A DNA stretch of 64,000 nt, from the NCBI RefSeq assembly GCF_018350175.1, contig NC_058380.1, forward strand, positions 81,778,001 through 81,842,000. Direction: 5' to 3'. Within the stretch, counting starts at the first letter, position 1. Every line of letters starts with the position of its first letter. Position numbers and translations under genes: made by a program. Below the pieces are notes generated by a model. The model was not told the DNA's origin, did no database searches, and saw only the letters and a list, made by a program, of their open reading frames with translations. Below, piece after piece: positions 47,667-59,845 of this stretch. The DNA is from Felis catus (taxonomy: Eukaryota).

Positions 47667-49712
47667 CATTCCAATAAGAATTATCCTAAAGAATAGAAAA
47701 TCCTTGAGGACTTTGTTCCTTTACCTCTTTTCCTGGGAAAGACCACTTTGTCCTAGGTTTGTACCCTGTCACTCTGCTGTCCCTTCTAGCTTAACACGTA
47801 GCTTAGCACTCCTTCCAGTGACCACTCTATTCCCCTCCTCAAATACACTAGCCTGGCTTACCGTAGATTGCATCTACTACCCTTACCCTCTGCCTGACTT
47901 CCTCCAAATTGCATCTATTATTTTTCAGTTGTACACAATTAAGTATGGAATACTAACAAGAAATAGTATTATTAGTATAAGCAACACTTACACAGAAATT
48001 GTAGTTCTCAAACACTTTTCAGATATGTTATCTTACTTGAACTTAACAGTAAACATCAAGAGATGACATTTTATCTTTCCCATTTTTCAGATGAGAAAAA
48101 AAAATGAAAACAAATATTCCCAACGGGAAATAGCCAGTATCTGAACCAAAACTAATTCCCAAATCATGAATTTTTCCCATTGACTTTCCTAGGAGTCTAG
48201 TCTCCCAGTTACTAATGTAAAACCCACAGTCTTATAAGGGATGGTCAGGGATAAAATTTCTGTGAGCCAGTAATTGTGAGCCAGGTGGAAACCAGTAAGA
48301 AGCAAAACAAACTTGGACCCTGCCTAGGTAGCACTTTCACTACAGACCTGTCTACATGTTGTCCATGCCTTAAAGGACCCTTGCCTAGTGGAAAGATCCA
48401 ATTTGGGCTTTCCGAGCACCAAGTATCTCAGAGAGGAGGAAAATACTTCAGAAAACAATGCTGCTGTGTGCATGCACTTGTTCAAAGGTTAAAAGAGAAA
48501 CAAAAGCCTGAGTTCTCCTACGCAGGGCCATGAATTTCATTCAAGATCACTAAGCATTAAAAAAGATTTGTTTCTGATTGTCAAAAGTACCAGAAAGATG
48601 ATGAAGACACAAAGGAGTACAGGATGTGGACTTCTCTCATTCAAACTGTATCCCTAACTGTACCCTCCTTTACCTAACATTATTTGACCACTACTTATAG
48701 GCTCTCTTTTCTGCTCTTTTCTCTAAAAACAATCCTGTCCTAAGGCGGGGTGGGCATATGGAGTGCATGACTCTGTGACTCAGCATCTCACTGTCAACCA
48801 AGGTGGCTGCTGGCTGCTTCTAATTCTATGTCCAAATGGCTTCTTGTTGTGTCCTACTTCAAATGAACCCCCACCTTGGTGGATAGATAACTAGTGCCTC
48901 AACTCCTGCCACACTGGAGCCTTGGCTTATTCTCCTTGGCTCTTGCCTTTGGGGGGACAAAGAACACATTCTGAAACTTGGCACCTTTCTGTGCATACCT
49001 CTCAGTATTCTTTTGCCAAAATACTGCATTTTCCCACATTTCTGTTGCCCACTCTCTCATCCCTTAGAGTCTTCTTGTCCATAAGAGCACTCACCATTTA
49101 GCTCCTTTGTGTCTTCCTTGATGCCACCCACCTCCCTAAACCACCAAGCTCAATGTTGGGTAACTGAACTTCCTCTGCCAGAGTCAGTTCTCCAACTTCT
49201 CCCTTACCCTTGACAATTCCACACCTTGACACACATGTCAAATTTCCAGGTCCCAGCCATTCCTAGTCTGACCTTCTTGCCCATAATTAAACTCTCAAAT
49301 GCATTCCAAAACCACTTTTTTTCAAGAGGGGCTGGGTCCAAGAATGCAATCTCTACAGTATTTATGTGATTTCTATAGGGAGAATTTAGGTTACCCTACT
49401 TTTCTTACATAGGGGGAGCAGAAAGAGAGAAATGCAGGCCAGAAGCACCAGGTATAAGCAACTAGGGGCTGGCAGCTGATCAAAAACTGAGGCCAGACAG
49501 AGCAAAAGGATGTATCTTAGATACAACTTGGGAAATGAAGCAAAACGATTACCTTCTAAACAATTTTCCAAGTATCTTTACCACATATTGTCCGAATAGC
49601 CCAAGAACATGAGTATTACAAGTTTTGTCTTTGGATCAAAAACAAGAGATGAAGTACTTTTTTCAAGTTCACAAAATTAGACGCAAAGTTGGAATTGAAA
49701 TCAAGGTAGCCA

Positions 49713-49883
49713 GAGGCACCTGAGTGGCCAGCCAACTCTTGATTTTGGCTCAGGTCATGATCTCACAGTCATGAGATCGAGCCCCATGTTAGGTTCTATG
49801 CTGGGTGTTGAATCTGCTAAAGATTTTCTCCCTCCCTCTGCCACTGTGCTCTCTCTCTCAAAAAAATAAAAATAAAAATGAAA
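49713..49883 (+). mobile_element. Can-SINE, internally deleted, about 190 bp upstream of the gene 4 acceptor
   Basis: TSD tgaaatcaag(gt/ag)agcca at 49696-49712 and 49884-49900. Confidence 0.85.
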
Positions 49884-50043
49884 TGAAATCAAGAGAGCCA
49901 ACACCAATTCTATGAAGTTATGGAGTTCTATCATAGAATACATGATGGGCTGCATGATGACTCTCCTTCTGCAGCACACAAGCTGGAACAAGTTTTAAGA
50001 TATCCCCTCTACCAGACTGAAGACCCCAAGCCAGGACACACAC

Positions 50044-50073
50044 CTAACATTCCTTCATATTTTTTATTTACAG
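50044..50073 (+). promoter_or_regulatory. Branch point and splice acceptor of the OR gene 4 coding exon
   Basis: CTAAC 50044-50048, pyrimidine tract, ttacAG 7 nt before ATG. Confidence 0.75.
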
Positions 50074-50080
50074 GAAATCA

Positions 50081-51010
50081 ATGCTGAGGGGAAACCAGAG
50101 CCATATTCCTGAATTCCTCCTTCTGGGACTGACCAGTGACCCCAAATATCAGGAGTGGCTCTTTACCAGCTTCCTAGTCATGTATCTGGTCAACGTGGCT
50201 GGCAACTCAGTCATCATTGCAGCCATCCGGGGGGACACCCGCCTCCACACCCCCATGTACTTCTTCCTCTCCAATCTGTCCCTGGTGGATGTCTGCTTTA
50301 CAACCGTCATCGTGCCACGGATGCTGGCAGACATGTTGAGCAAGACCAAGAAGATCCCCTTTGCCCAATGCCTCACACAGATGTATTTCTTTGTGGCCTT
50401 TGGGATCACTGACAGCTTCCTCCTGGCTGCCATGGCTATTGACCGCTACATGGCCATCTGTAACCCACTGCATTACACCACGACCATGAGCCCCCAGCGC
50501 TGTCTCCTGCTGGTGACGGTGTCCTGGGTGCTGTCCCACCTTCACTCACTCACCCACACGATTCTCATGGCCCGCCTCTCCTTCTGTGGGCCCAACGTCA
50601 TCCACCACTTCTTCTGTGACGTCCAGCCACTGCTGACGCTCTCCTGCTCTGACACCTCTGTCAATGAGCTTTTGGCCTTCACAGAGGGCTCCTTGGTGAT
50701 CATGAGTCCCTTCATCTTGATCATTGTCTCTTACGTCCACATCACCCGTGCCGTTCTGAGGGTCCCTTCTCGAGGAGGCAGGCACAAGGTCTTCTCCACC
50801 TGTGGGTCCCACCTCACAGTTGTGGCACTCTTCTATGGGACCATAATATTCGTGTACATTCGCCCCTCATCCACCTACTCAGTGACAAAGGATCGTGTGA
50901 TCACTGTCATCTACACAGTGGTTACCCCCATGCTGAATCCTTTTATTTATAGTCTTAGGAATAAGGACATGAAGCAGGCCTTGAAAAAGCTGATCAGGAG
51001 AGTAGAATAG
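50081..51010 (+). CDS. Olfactory receptor family 1, paralog of gene 3 (309 aa, intact)
   Basis: All OR motifs present; 20 amino acid differences from gene 3, none in residues 109-254. Confidence 0.92.
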   Translation: MLRGNQSHIPEFLLLGLTSDPKYQEWLFTSFLVMYLVNVAGNSVIIAAIRGDTRLHTPMYFFLSNLSLVDVCFTTVIVPRMLADMLSKTKKIPFAQCLTQMYFFVAFGITDSFLLAAMAIDRYMAICNPLHYTTTMSPQRCLLLVTVSWVLSHLHSLTHTILMARLSFCGPNVIHHFFCDVQPLLTLSCSDTSVNELLAFTEGSLVIMSPFILIIVSYVHITRAVLRVPSRGGRHKVFSTCGSHLTVVALFYGTIIFVYIRPSSTYSVTKDRVITVIYTVVTPMLNPFIYSLRNKDMKQALKKLIRRVE

Positions 51011-51034
51011 CAAAACCCATATATGGTACTTCTC

Positions 51035-51200
51035 AGCATTCATTCATTCAATAAGAACCCATGAAACACCTGCTATGTGCCAGGAACTGTACTTAATAAT
51101 TAAAATATTGCAAAGATACCTCAATCATAGCTCTGTCTTCAAAGTTAATCACAGTCCAGTGAGGGGGAATGAGACAATTACAATAGAAGGTTATTATACT
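51035..51200. mobile_element. L2 3' end
   Basis: cattcattcattcaat...cacctgctatgtgccagg. Confidence 0.6.
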
Positions 51201-51744
51201 TCTTGGTAAAAATAATATGAGACACAGATATTGATGCCTTACTGTATTAGACACATAGTTTACTTTTTTCTCTTGCGGTCTCTGTCTCATGTTTGTCACA
51301 GTTGTGACCAATGTTGTGTAAAATGTCCTGATGAAAATCAGGAAAAACTTCTGTAGGGATTTTTTTTAAACCATTAGGATATGGGTCAGCTCCTAAGAAG
51401 CCTCAGTAAGTCAATGTCCTCATCATATGAGTTAATCATCTTAGGCACAATCCCCTTGGGTCTAGCTAGTAGATCTTCTTGTTACTTTTAGAATAGCTCA
51501 TAACTTCCCCAAAGCTGTTCACATATTTTTCAGAGAAGGCAGCTTCACCAGTATGGTAATAAGACCCTAAGATTATGACGTCAAGCACTTACGTTACAAC
51601 TCAGTCCCACAAATTGTGACCATAATCAACCCACAAAGTCTACTGAAGTAGACAATTTTCTTCACCTACATAATGCATACAAAAAGTAATCTCACCATGT
51701 GGTTGTGGGTGTCAAAGGAAAAATTCCAAATTTAACAACTTTTG

Positions 51745-51990
51745 ATTATTTACTTAACCCCTCTGAGCTTCTGTTCCCTAGTTCTGAAATTATACTGCTT
51801 GTACTGGAGGCCCAAATCCACCATCACCAACTCTGATCTTGGGCAAGTACATTAACCTCTCTGTCCCTCAGTTGTCATATGCAAAGTGGATTGTTGTGAG
51901 GATTGAATGATATAACAAGTGTCCTAAGACGTATACTATTTCTGTTTTAAGTATTTGGAATAGTGTCTTGCACATAGCAAGCTCCAAATA
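51745..51990. mobile_element. MIR fragments
   Basis: tgatcttgggcaagtacattaacctctctgtccctcagtt...gttgtgaggattgaatga. Confidence 0.7.
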
Positions 51991-52575
51991 AATTTCAGCC
52001 ATTACATCAAAAGTATATGAAAGTGTGTCTATAGACCCTTCCCAAATAACGTTCAAAGTTTTGTAGTGAAGTGGGAAATAGTCATATTGGAGTGAACTTA
52101 CTCCAAGTGAGTTCAGTCTAAGTGTCTCCTGAAACTATTTCAGTATTTCCAAGTGTTTCACTATAAATGATCCTGTCCTTAGGACCTTATAACTATGTTG
52201 TCAATATTTTTAATAATTCCAGTGGGTACAGAGAAGGCCTCCCCAATACCCACAACAACAAAATGTCCCCCAGCCTCCTTTTTCCCTCCCTCCTCCCTCC
52301 ATCCCATCTTCATTTCCAATAATGTTCAAATAATTCCTCTATCAAATAGAACCTTCATGAGGAATGCTGTTCAGCACTTCAAAGTTCTGAAATACAATCT
52401 AAAGCTGTGAGATATGAAGGAGACAAGTGAAGAAAAGATGGGGGACAAAAATATAACTTTACCCAGGAGGAACTAAGGGGACTGGATACAAAAGAGGGAG
52501 GGGGGAAATGTAGGAACCTTCCTGCAGAGGAAAAGAGAAGTTATGGTAGATGATTACATTGCTCTCCAAAGAGTA

Positions 52576-52725
52576 CAAGCTTTCAGGGGCTCCTGGGTGG
52601 CTCAGTCATTTAAGCGTTGACTTCAGCTCAGGTCATGATCTCACAATTAGTGAGTTTGAGCCCTGCGTCGGGCTCTGTGCTGACAACTCAGAGCCTAGAG
52701 CCTGTTTCAGATTCTGTGTTTCCCA

Positions 52726-52770
<45 letters not shown>

Positions 52771-52796
52771 CCTTCCCTGCTTGTGCTCACTCGCTC

Positions 52797-52830
<34 letters not shown>

Positions 52831-52831
52831 A
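52576..52831 (+). mobile_element. Can-SINE without A tail, inserted in an L1MA 3' end (about 52555-53060)
   Basis: Head and two (CT)n tracts join directly to host gctataagatgagtaagttctggg. Confidence 0.88.
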
Positions 52832-53199
52832 GCTATAAGATGAGTAAGTTCTGGGATCTAACATACAGCCTGGTGATGACCATTAACAATATCGAATTAT
52901 ATACTTGCAATTTGCTGAGAGAGTAAATAATCTTAAGCATTCTCACCACAAAACAAATGGTAACTCTGAATTGATGGATGTGTTTATTGTGGTCATCATT
53001 CCACAAAGCATATGCATATCAAATCACCATAAATATGTACAATTCTATAAGTCTAAAACTAGAAAGATTCTGATTTCCAAAATGAAAAGCCCTAATGATG
53101 TTATGTAGGACACTGTGAACCTTTCTTACACATTGGTGAAAAAGAATGACCTGTAGCTACAACTTTCCATATGAATGAATGGCAACAACATAAAATTGA

Positions 53200-53621
53200 A
53201 TATGGATGGACCTAGAGAGCATTACCTAAGGGAAATAAGTCAGACAGGGAAAGACAAATACCATATGATTTCACTTATGTGTGGAATCTAAAAAGCAAAA
53301 CAAATGAATAAACAAAGGAAAAGCAGAATCAGACTGTAAATACAGAAAACAAACTGATGGCTGTCAGGGGGGAGGAGACTGGGGAGTGGGCAAAATGGGT
53401 GAAGGCAAGTAGGAGGTATAGGCTTCCGAAAGTCATGGAATGAATAAAAGGTACAGTGTAGGGAATGTGTGGTATTGTAACAGCATTGGATGGTGACAGA
53501 TGCTAGCTTAACTTGTGGTGACCACGGCATGACGTATAGATTTGCTGAATCACTGTGCTGTACCCCTGAAACTAATGTAACATCATGTGCCAACTATATT
53601 CAAATAAAAATTTTTTAAAAA
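53200..53621 (+). mobile_element. L1 3' end (early carnivore type)
   Basis: TSD aacataaaattga at 53187-53199 and 53622-53634. Confidence 0.85.
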
Positions 53622-54454
53622 AACATAAAATTGAGTGAAAGAAGCTAAATGATTTCATTCATGTAAAAGACAAGAAGAGGCAAATATAAACAATACATGA
53701 TTTTCACACATAGACATAACTGGTAAAACCATAAGAAAAGTGTCCCATGTGTTTTATATACTCATTTTTATATATGATTTATTTTGCAATTTATAAAATT
53801 TAAGGGAATTTTGTGTGCAGAAGCCTCTATTACTTCAGTAGGTTTTTATAGATGAGCCATCGCTCTGCCTTCTAGAGTCACAGGAAACACATCTGTTCAT
53901 AGAACAGTAAGAATCTGAAGACAATGTGTAGCCCACCCTACATCAAACCTGTCCAATTCACTTATTATTATTATTTTCTGAAAAATAATAGGGTTTCTTT
54001 AAGAGGATTAGAATCTGATTAGAGTACACACTCCTTGGCAGATTAGGGTGGGGGGAGAAGGCAACCCCTCCCCGGCTTGTGCCCAGGGCAAGGGTACCAG
54101 GTGTGGTACTCTCAGGAGTCACAGACCTGGTCACTCTGAGACAAAAGTGCTCCTGACACTATTGGGACTCACAAATCCAAGGCCCAGAAGGGCCAGCTGG
54201 GAGGTTGGACATTTGCCCCATTTTGTCTCTAACTAGGAGGTTGGGGATTAGGTCCCAGGAGATACTCCATGTGAAAAGCCCACAGCTCCTCCCGGTTCCT
54301 GTTCCTGAGGACAGGTTGCTCCAGCCCCAAATCTTTAGTCCATGCTGCTGTTACAGAGAAGGAAACAAACTGAGGTTGTAGCAAGTCCTCTTGAAGAGAA
54401 GAAGGAAAGGCAAACCAAACTGGCAAGGCAGACAAAACATCTAGTGATGGGGAC

Positions 54455-54666
54455 GGGGCGCCTGGGTGGCTCAGTCGGTTAAGCGGCCAACTTAGGCTCA
54501 GGTCATGAGCTCACAGTTTGTGGGTTCGAGCCCCTCATCGGGCTGTGTGCTGACAGCTCAGAGCCTGGAGCCTGTTTCAGATTCTGTGTCTCCCTCTCTC
54601 TGACCCTCCCCCATTCATGCTCTGTCTCTCTCTGTCTCAAAAATAAATAAACGTTAAATTGTTTAA
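54455..54666 (+). mobile_element. Feline Can-SINE
   Basis: ggggcgcctgggtggctcagtcggttaagcg head; diverged TSD aaaa(c/t)atcta(g/a)tgatgg. Confidence 0.92.
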
Positions 54667-55373
54667 AAAAATATCTAATGATGGTGACAAAATGTGAGGA
54701 TGATCAGAATTTCCAGGTAAGACCTGAGGGGGTAGAGGTGGGAGGCATTGGTCACACACAAACACCTCCTCCCCTATTCCTTCCTCCTTTCCTGTCCCTT
54801 CCTCACTCTCAGCCAAATAGAACCTGGCTCTCTTAACCACCATGAGAAAAGCTTTGATTTGATATCCATGAATTCCCTGAGTGTCCAGCCTGAAGTTAGT
54901 GCAAGTGGTCCCCAAGCCCCCGGCAGTGGCCAAGACATGGTAGCTGTGCAATAACAATGCTGAGAACCCCTGGATTGTGCATAGACAATTCACTCCTAAC
55001 CCACTGGATTGTGAATGGCTTCTGGAATCAGTCTATACCACCATCCAAGGAGTGAAATAATCTCCACAACCATTAACAGGTCAACAAGTCCTATCTCTTT
55101 TTTTTTTTAATTTAAGACTCAGAGGTATATGCTATTTAGATTTATTTAGGCTCATTTTACAATTCAGGTTCTAGAAGGTAAATGATTTGACCGAGATGGT
55201 ATGCCTGGGATTCAAACCTGGGCCTATACATGTCACAAGTCCAAATGGATGCTCTGTCATGGTACTACTAGGTCAGAACCATTGCCATCCAAGGTCACAA
55301 TGGTGATATTGGTGACTATGGTATTTACAACTCTGTGAAACTTTACAGTTTTCAGAGCTCAACTTCCCACAGA

Positions 55374-55489
55374 CCGGGACCAAGAAAAGTCCAATTTTCT
55401 CAGGACTGAGGGAGTTTCCTGGGAGTGAGGTGTTCAGTTTTGAAAGCAGAAAAGTCCTGGATAAACACAGAGGACTAGTTGGTCACTCC
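55374..55489. mobile_element. MER81-like hAT-Blackjack MITE
   Basis: ggactgagggagtttcctggg...ttcagttttgaaa...gtcctggataaac...agttggtcact. Confidence 0.6.
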
Positions 55490-56438
55490 AGAAGGCACCT
55501 TTCTTCTGTTAAATCCATCAGGAGTAAACAATAATCTCATGAAAATCTACTATTTGACAAGCAGTTGATATAAGTCAGTCACTGTTCTAGCTCTTTACAA
55601 TCCTTACCTGATTTAATCCTCAACAAAGTTCTGATTTCAGCATTATTACTCTCATTAAGCAGATGCAGAAACTGAGGCCAGAAAACCGTGTAGACCTGTT
55701 CAACATCACAGCACACAAGGAGGCTGGTGGCCCAGTGAAGGTTTGTCAGACCCAGAGGCAACGTATCTCATCACCACATCATGACATTCGCACAGCTGGC
55801 GCTGACTGTGTGTGTGTTCATCTTTCCATACCATCCAAATGCACAACATAAAATCTCTCCTTGGGATTTTCCATCCAAAGGTCCTGAAAAAACCTTTAAC
55901 TGATTCTGGTATTTTCATGCTTTCAACAGTCTTATATGATAGGTTTATGTCCACATCATACAGGTGAAGAAAATGAGACTCAAAGGTTACAGATAATTTA
56001 CCCAAAATATAAAAAGCAATGAGGGTTGAGAGAGAGATGACTCTCCTTAACAACTGTGTAGTAAATGCAGATCCTCAAGAGATCCTATTCAGGCCTCACA
56101 AGCATATGAGACTGATATTTTCACTTTTTTAAAAAGGTGAAGAGTGGACTAAAACCTAGGAGGTTTCTTCTTAGCTAAGCTCCAGTTCAACCTCATCCAG
56201 GAGGTCTACAAGACAACTCTGAGACCGCTGAAATGCAAAGTTCATTCCCAAGATCACCCACTGTCGCTGTCCACAGTTCTCGGCCCTGTACGTGCTTACA
56301 ACCCACCATGAGAGACAGGAGTGCATTCTTGTGACCTTTGAAAAGAACACAGAAAAGAGAGGAGAGGCGTTGAATGATATAACCTTTTGGAGTCTATGTA
56401 CATTTAAGCAAGATTTTCCTGAACCTGTTCCACTTTAA

Positions 56439-57380
56439 ATGGCAATTAAAAACCAAACCAGCATCTCTGACTTCCTGCTCCTGGGCTTCTCTGCACACCC
56501 TGAGCAGCAGCCTCTCCTGTTCGGACTCTTCCTGGGCATGTACCTGGTCACCGTGTTGGGGAACCTGCTCATCATCATGGCCATTGGTTCTGACCAGCAC
56601 CTCCACACCCCCATGTACTTCTTCCTGGCTAACCTGTCCTTCGTCGAGACCTGCTTCACCTGCACCATTGTCCCCAAGGTGCTGGCGAACATCCTGACAC
56701 AGCGCCACGCCATCTCCCACACTGGGTGCCTCGTGCAGATGTACTTCTTCATGGCGCTGACCCTGCTGGATGACTTCCTGCTGGCCGTGATGGCATATGA
56801 CCGCTACGTGGCCATCTGCCTTCCTCTCCACTACACCACGATCATGTGTCCCCAGCGCTGCCTGCTGCTGGTCGCCGCATCCTGGCTCTGCTCCCACCTC
56901 CTGGCCTCCTCGCTCACCCTCCTCATGTCTCAGTTCTCCTTCTGTGCCTCTCATGCCATCCCACACTTCTTCTGTGATGTACCCCCACTCCTCAAACTTG
57001 CATGTTCAGACACCCAGATCTTTCAAGTCACGATGTTAACTGAAGCAGTTCTCTCCGGCATGATTCCACTCACCTGTGTCCTGGTCTCTTATGCCCACAT
57101 CATGCACACAGTTCTCAGGATTCCCTCTGCTGGGGGGAAACACAAAGTCTTCTCTACCTGTGGCTCTCACCTGTCAGTGGTTACTCTCTTCTATGCGACA
57201 CTCTTTCTGGTGTATTTCCAACCCTCATCCTCCTACTCCGCAGACACCGGAATGGTTGTATCTGTGATATATACGATGGTCACGCCCATGCTGAACCCTT
57301 TTATCTACAGCCTGAGGAACAGGGACATGAAGGGGGCTCTGTGGAGACTTTTTGGCTGGGGAAGATGTTCTCCTCAGTAA
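56439..57380 (+). CDS. Olfactory receptor family 1, divergent subfamily (possibly OR1AK-like), 313 aa, intact
   Basis: NQT site, LHTPMYFFLANLS, MAYDRYVAIC, HFFCD, KVFSTCGSH, PMLNPFIYSLRN. Confidence 0.92.
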   Translation: MAIKNQTSISDFLLLGFSAHPEQQPLLFGLFLGMYLVTVLGNLLIIMAIGSDQHLHTPMYFFLANLSFVETCFTCTIVPKVLANILTQRHAISHTGCLVQMYFFMALTLLDDFLLAVMAYDRYVAICLPLHYTTIMCPQRCLLLVAASWLCSHLLASSLTLLMSQFSFCASHAIPHFFCDVPPLLKLACSDTQIFQVTMLTEAVLSGMIPLTCVLVSYAHIMHTVLRIPSAGGKHKVFSTCGSHLSVVTLFYATLFLVYFQPSSSYSADTGMVVSVIYTMVTPMLNPFIYSLRNRDMKGALWRLFGWGRCSPQ

Positions 57381-58491
57381 AGGGTCCTTCCTCAGACTGG
57401 GAGCTCAGGCTCTCTGAAATGCCTTTTCCCTGCACTTCCCCATTGTAATTTTGAAAACTCAAGTTCAAGCAAGATGGATGCTCAACATCACAACCAGGTT
57501 TAATAGAGAATGCCTCACTGGCCACAATTACAATCAGAGATACTGGAAAAGGACAGAGCTGCACCCCTGGAAGATGAGTGGCCAGCAATCCCTACAGGGT
57601 GACTTGACTAGTGGTATAGGTGTCCAAGCAGATCCAAGCCAGAGAGTAGGAATCACCAAGAATGACACCAGACAGAATTCGGGTGCTGGGAGGAAGCCAG
57701 GTAGCACCAGTTCAGCCTGGGACTAACAGGTCCCACTCAGCTACAAGAAATGCTCACAATCAGGAAGGTTCAAGTGCTCGGAGTTTCAGAGACCATTTCC
57801 AAGCCCAACTTTGGAAACAACTCACTGATAGGGACTAACCTACCCATGGAGAAGGCTGCACCAAGAAGACACGCTATTTGCTGGGACTAAGAAGACAAGA
57901 ATCATTTGAGGAGAAGAAACTAGGCACCGACACTTCAGAGGACTGGCCCCAAATCACACATCAGTGATCAGATCTAAGATTCTGACAGAGAGTAATTATT
58001 AGTTATGGACAAGTCCTTGATTCTTTGGTACCTAAATTCTAGTTTATTTCATTTGTCTCACCTACAGAATAATCCATGCTCATTATAGTAAATTTGTAAA
58101 ACGTGAATAGGAAAAAAGAAAACACTCACTATCCCTCCATATAAAGAAAGCCACTGATAAGATTTCACAGTATTTCTCACCTATCTTTTTCTAATGACTT
58201 TTTGCCTTTACTTTGTTGAGAAAATACTGCTGGTACAATTATATATACTTTTTTGCTTAATCTTATAACATGAATTGTCTCCATATTATTATCTCTTCCT
58301 GAACATTTGGCTCTCTGAGAATACATTATAAAAAATGCCCATGATGTATACGGCATTTCACCATTGTTGGATGATTAGGGGGATGAAAGTTTCTAAGCTT
58401 TCACTATTACAAATAACGATGCAAAGAAAGTCTCCAAAAAAAAATTATCTTCATATATCATATTTAATATTTTTAAAAGTAGAATATCTAT

Positions 58492-58800
58492 GGGACACCT
58501 CGGTGGCTCAAGCCAGTTGAGTGTCTGACTTCAACTCAGGTCATAATCTCACAGTTCATGAGTTCAAGACCCACATCTGTGCTGACAGCTCAGACCCTGG
58601 AGCCTGCTTCGGATTCTGTGTCTCCCTCTCTCTCTCCTCCTCCCCTCCCTCACTCTAGCTCTCTCCCTCTCTCTGTCTCTCTCTCTCTCTCTCCCTCCCT
58701 CTCTCTCAAAAATAAACATTTAAAAAATTTTTAAAGATTCTCTATCTCTCCCTCTGCCCCTCTCCACTGCTCATGCTCTCTCTCTCAAAAAAAAAAAAAA
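58492..58800 (+). mobile_element. Can-SINE followed by the 3' part of a second SINE
   Basis: Two successive CT-tract/A-tail modules; (GATA)n follows at about 58801-58835. Confidence 0.8.
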
Positions 58801-59074
58801 ATAGATAGAGAGATAGATAGATAGATAATAGATAAAGTAAGTAGGATATCTAAGTAGTACCTTTACAGGACCATTTATTCAGCCAGCAAAAATTCCCAAA
58901 TGAGAGTGCCCTTTTGTCTACATCTTCTCCATATTTTGATGTTCACATTGTATCCTTAATTACAAATGACAGGATAGCCAAAATGGTATCTCCTTGCTTT
59001 ACTTTTAATTTCTTTGATTGTTGGTGAAAGCACTATTTTCCTCAGTCTGTTAACCATTTTTTTCCATTTCACTC

Positions 59075-59513
59075 TTTTCTTTTTCTTTTTAAAAAATTGT
59101 TTTCAATGTTTATTTATTTTTGAGAGACAGAGAGAGAGAGAGAGCATGAGCAGGGGAGGGGCAGAGAGAAAGGGAGACACAGAATCCGAAGCAGGCTCCA
59201 GGCTCTGAGCTATCAGCACAGAGTCTGACACAGGGCTCAAACTCATGAACGATGAGATCATGCCCTGAGCCTAAGTCAGACACGTAACCAACTGAGCTAC
59301 CCAGGTGCCCCATCTTTTTTTTTTTTTTGAGAAAGAGTGAGCCTGATTGTGAGCAAAGAGGCAGAGACAGAGGGAGAGAGAGAGAATCACAAGTAGGCTC
59401 CAACCTTCCAGCACAGAAACTGATGTGGGACTTGATCTCAGGAACCCTGATTTCATGACCTGAGCCAAATTCAAGAGTCAGATGCTTAACTAACTGAGCC
59501 ACCAAGGTGCCCC
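59075..59513 (-). mobile_element. Two adjacent Can-SINEs (59075-59311 and 59312-59513)
   Basis: Two heads (caggtgcccc, aaggtgcccc), each with an AG tract and T tail. Confidence 0.88.
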
Positions 59514-59545
59514 TATTCCTTTTTTAACTGAAGTGTAGTTGACTG

Positions 59546-59635
59546 AGGCGCCTGGCTGGCTCAGTGGGTGGAGCATACAACTCATGATCTTGGGGTCATA
59601 AGTTCGAGCTCCATGTAGTGTATAGAATTACTTTA
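59546..59635 (+). mobile_element. Short tRNA-Lys-derived SINE (tRNA-like pseudogene)
   Basis: ggcgcctggctggctcagtgggtggagcat...gttcgagctccatg with A and B boxes, no CT tract. Confidence 0.75.
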
Positions 59636-59644
59636 TGATATACA

Positions 59645-59845
59645 TTTTTAAATCTTTATTTATTTGAGACAGAGAGAGAGCAGGAACGGGGAGAGACAGA
59701 AAGAGACACAGAGAGAGAATGCCAAGCAGACTCTGTGCTATCAGCACAAAGCCTGATGAGGGGTTTGATCTCATGAATCATGAAATCATGATCTGAGCCG
59801 AAATCAGGAGTCAGATGCTCAACCGACTGAGTCACTCCCATACCC
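59645..59845 (-). mobile_element. Can-SINE
   Basis: AG tract; gagccgaaatcaggagtcagatgctcaaccgactgag. Confidence 0.85.

Noticed and set aside
54040-54300. O/E-like sites as a promoter for OR gene 5
   Set aside because: Only degenerate matches, no adjacent homeodomain site and no paralog to footprint against.
56394-56966. 190-aa antisense ORF over OR gene 5, and shorter antisense or alternate-frame ORFs over genes 1-4
   Set aside because: Expected shadow of C-ending codon bias in OR genes; duplicated only because the sense genes are; no domain signal.
14555-59505. Recurrent short ORFs with SAQVMIS...SGSVLTAQSLEP peptides
   Set aside because: Translations of Can-SINE consensus sequence, not a gene family.
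59546-59635. tRNA-Lys-like sequence, with a deleted version at about 61348-61400
   Set aside because: Degenerate stems and a SINE-type 3' end; a retroposed copy, not a tRNA gene.
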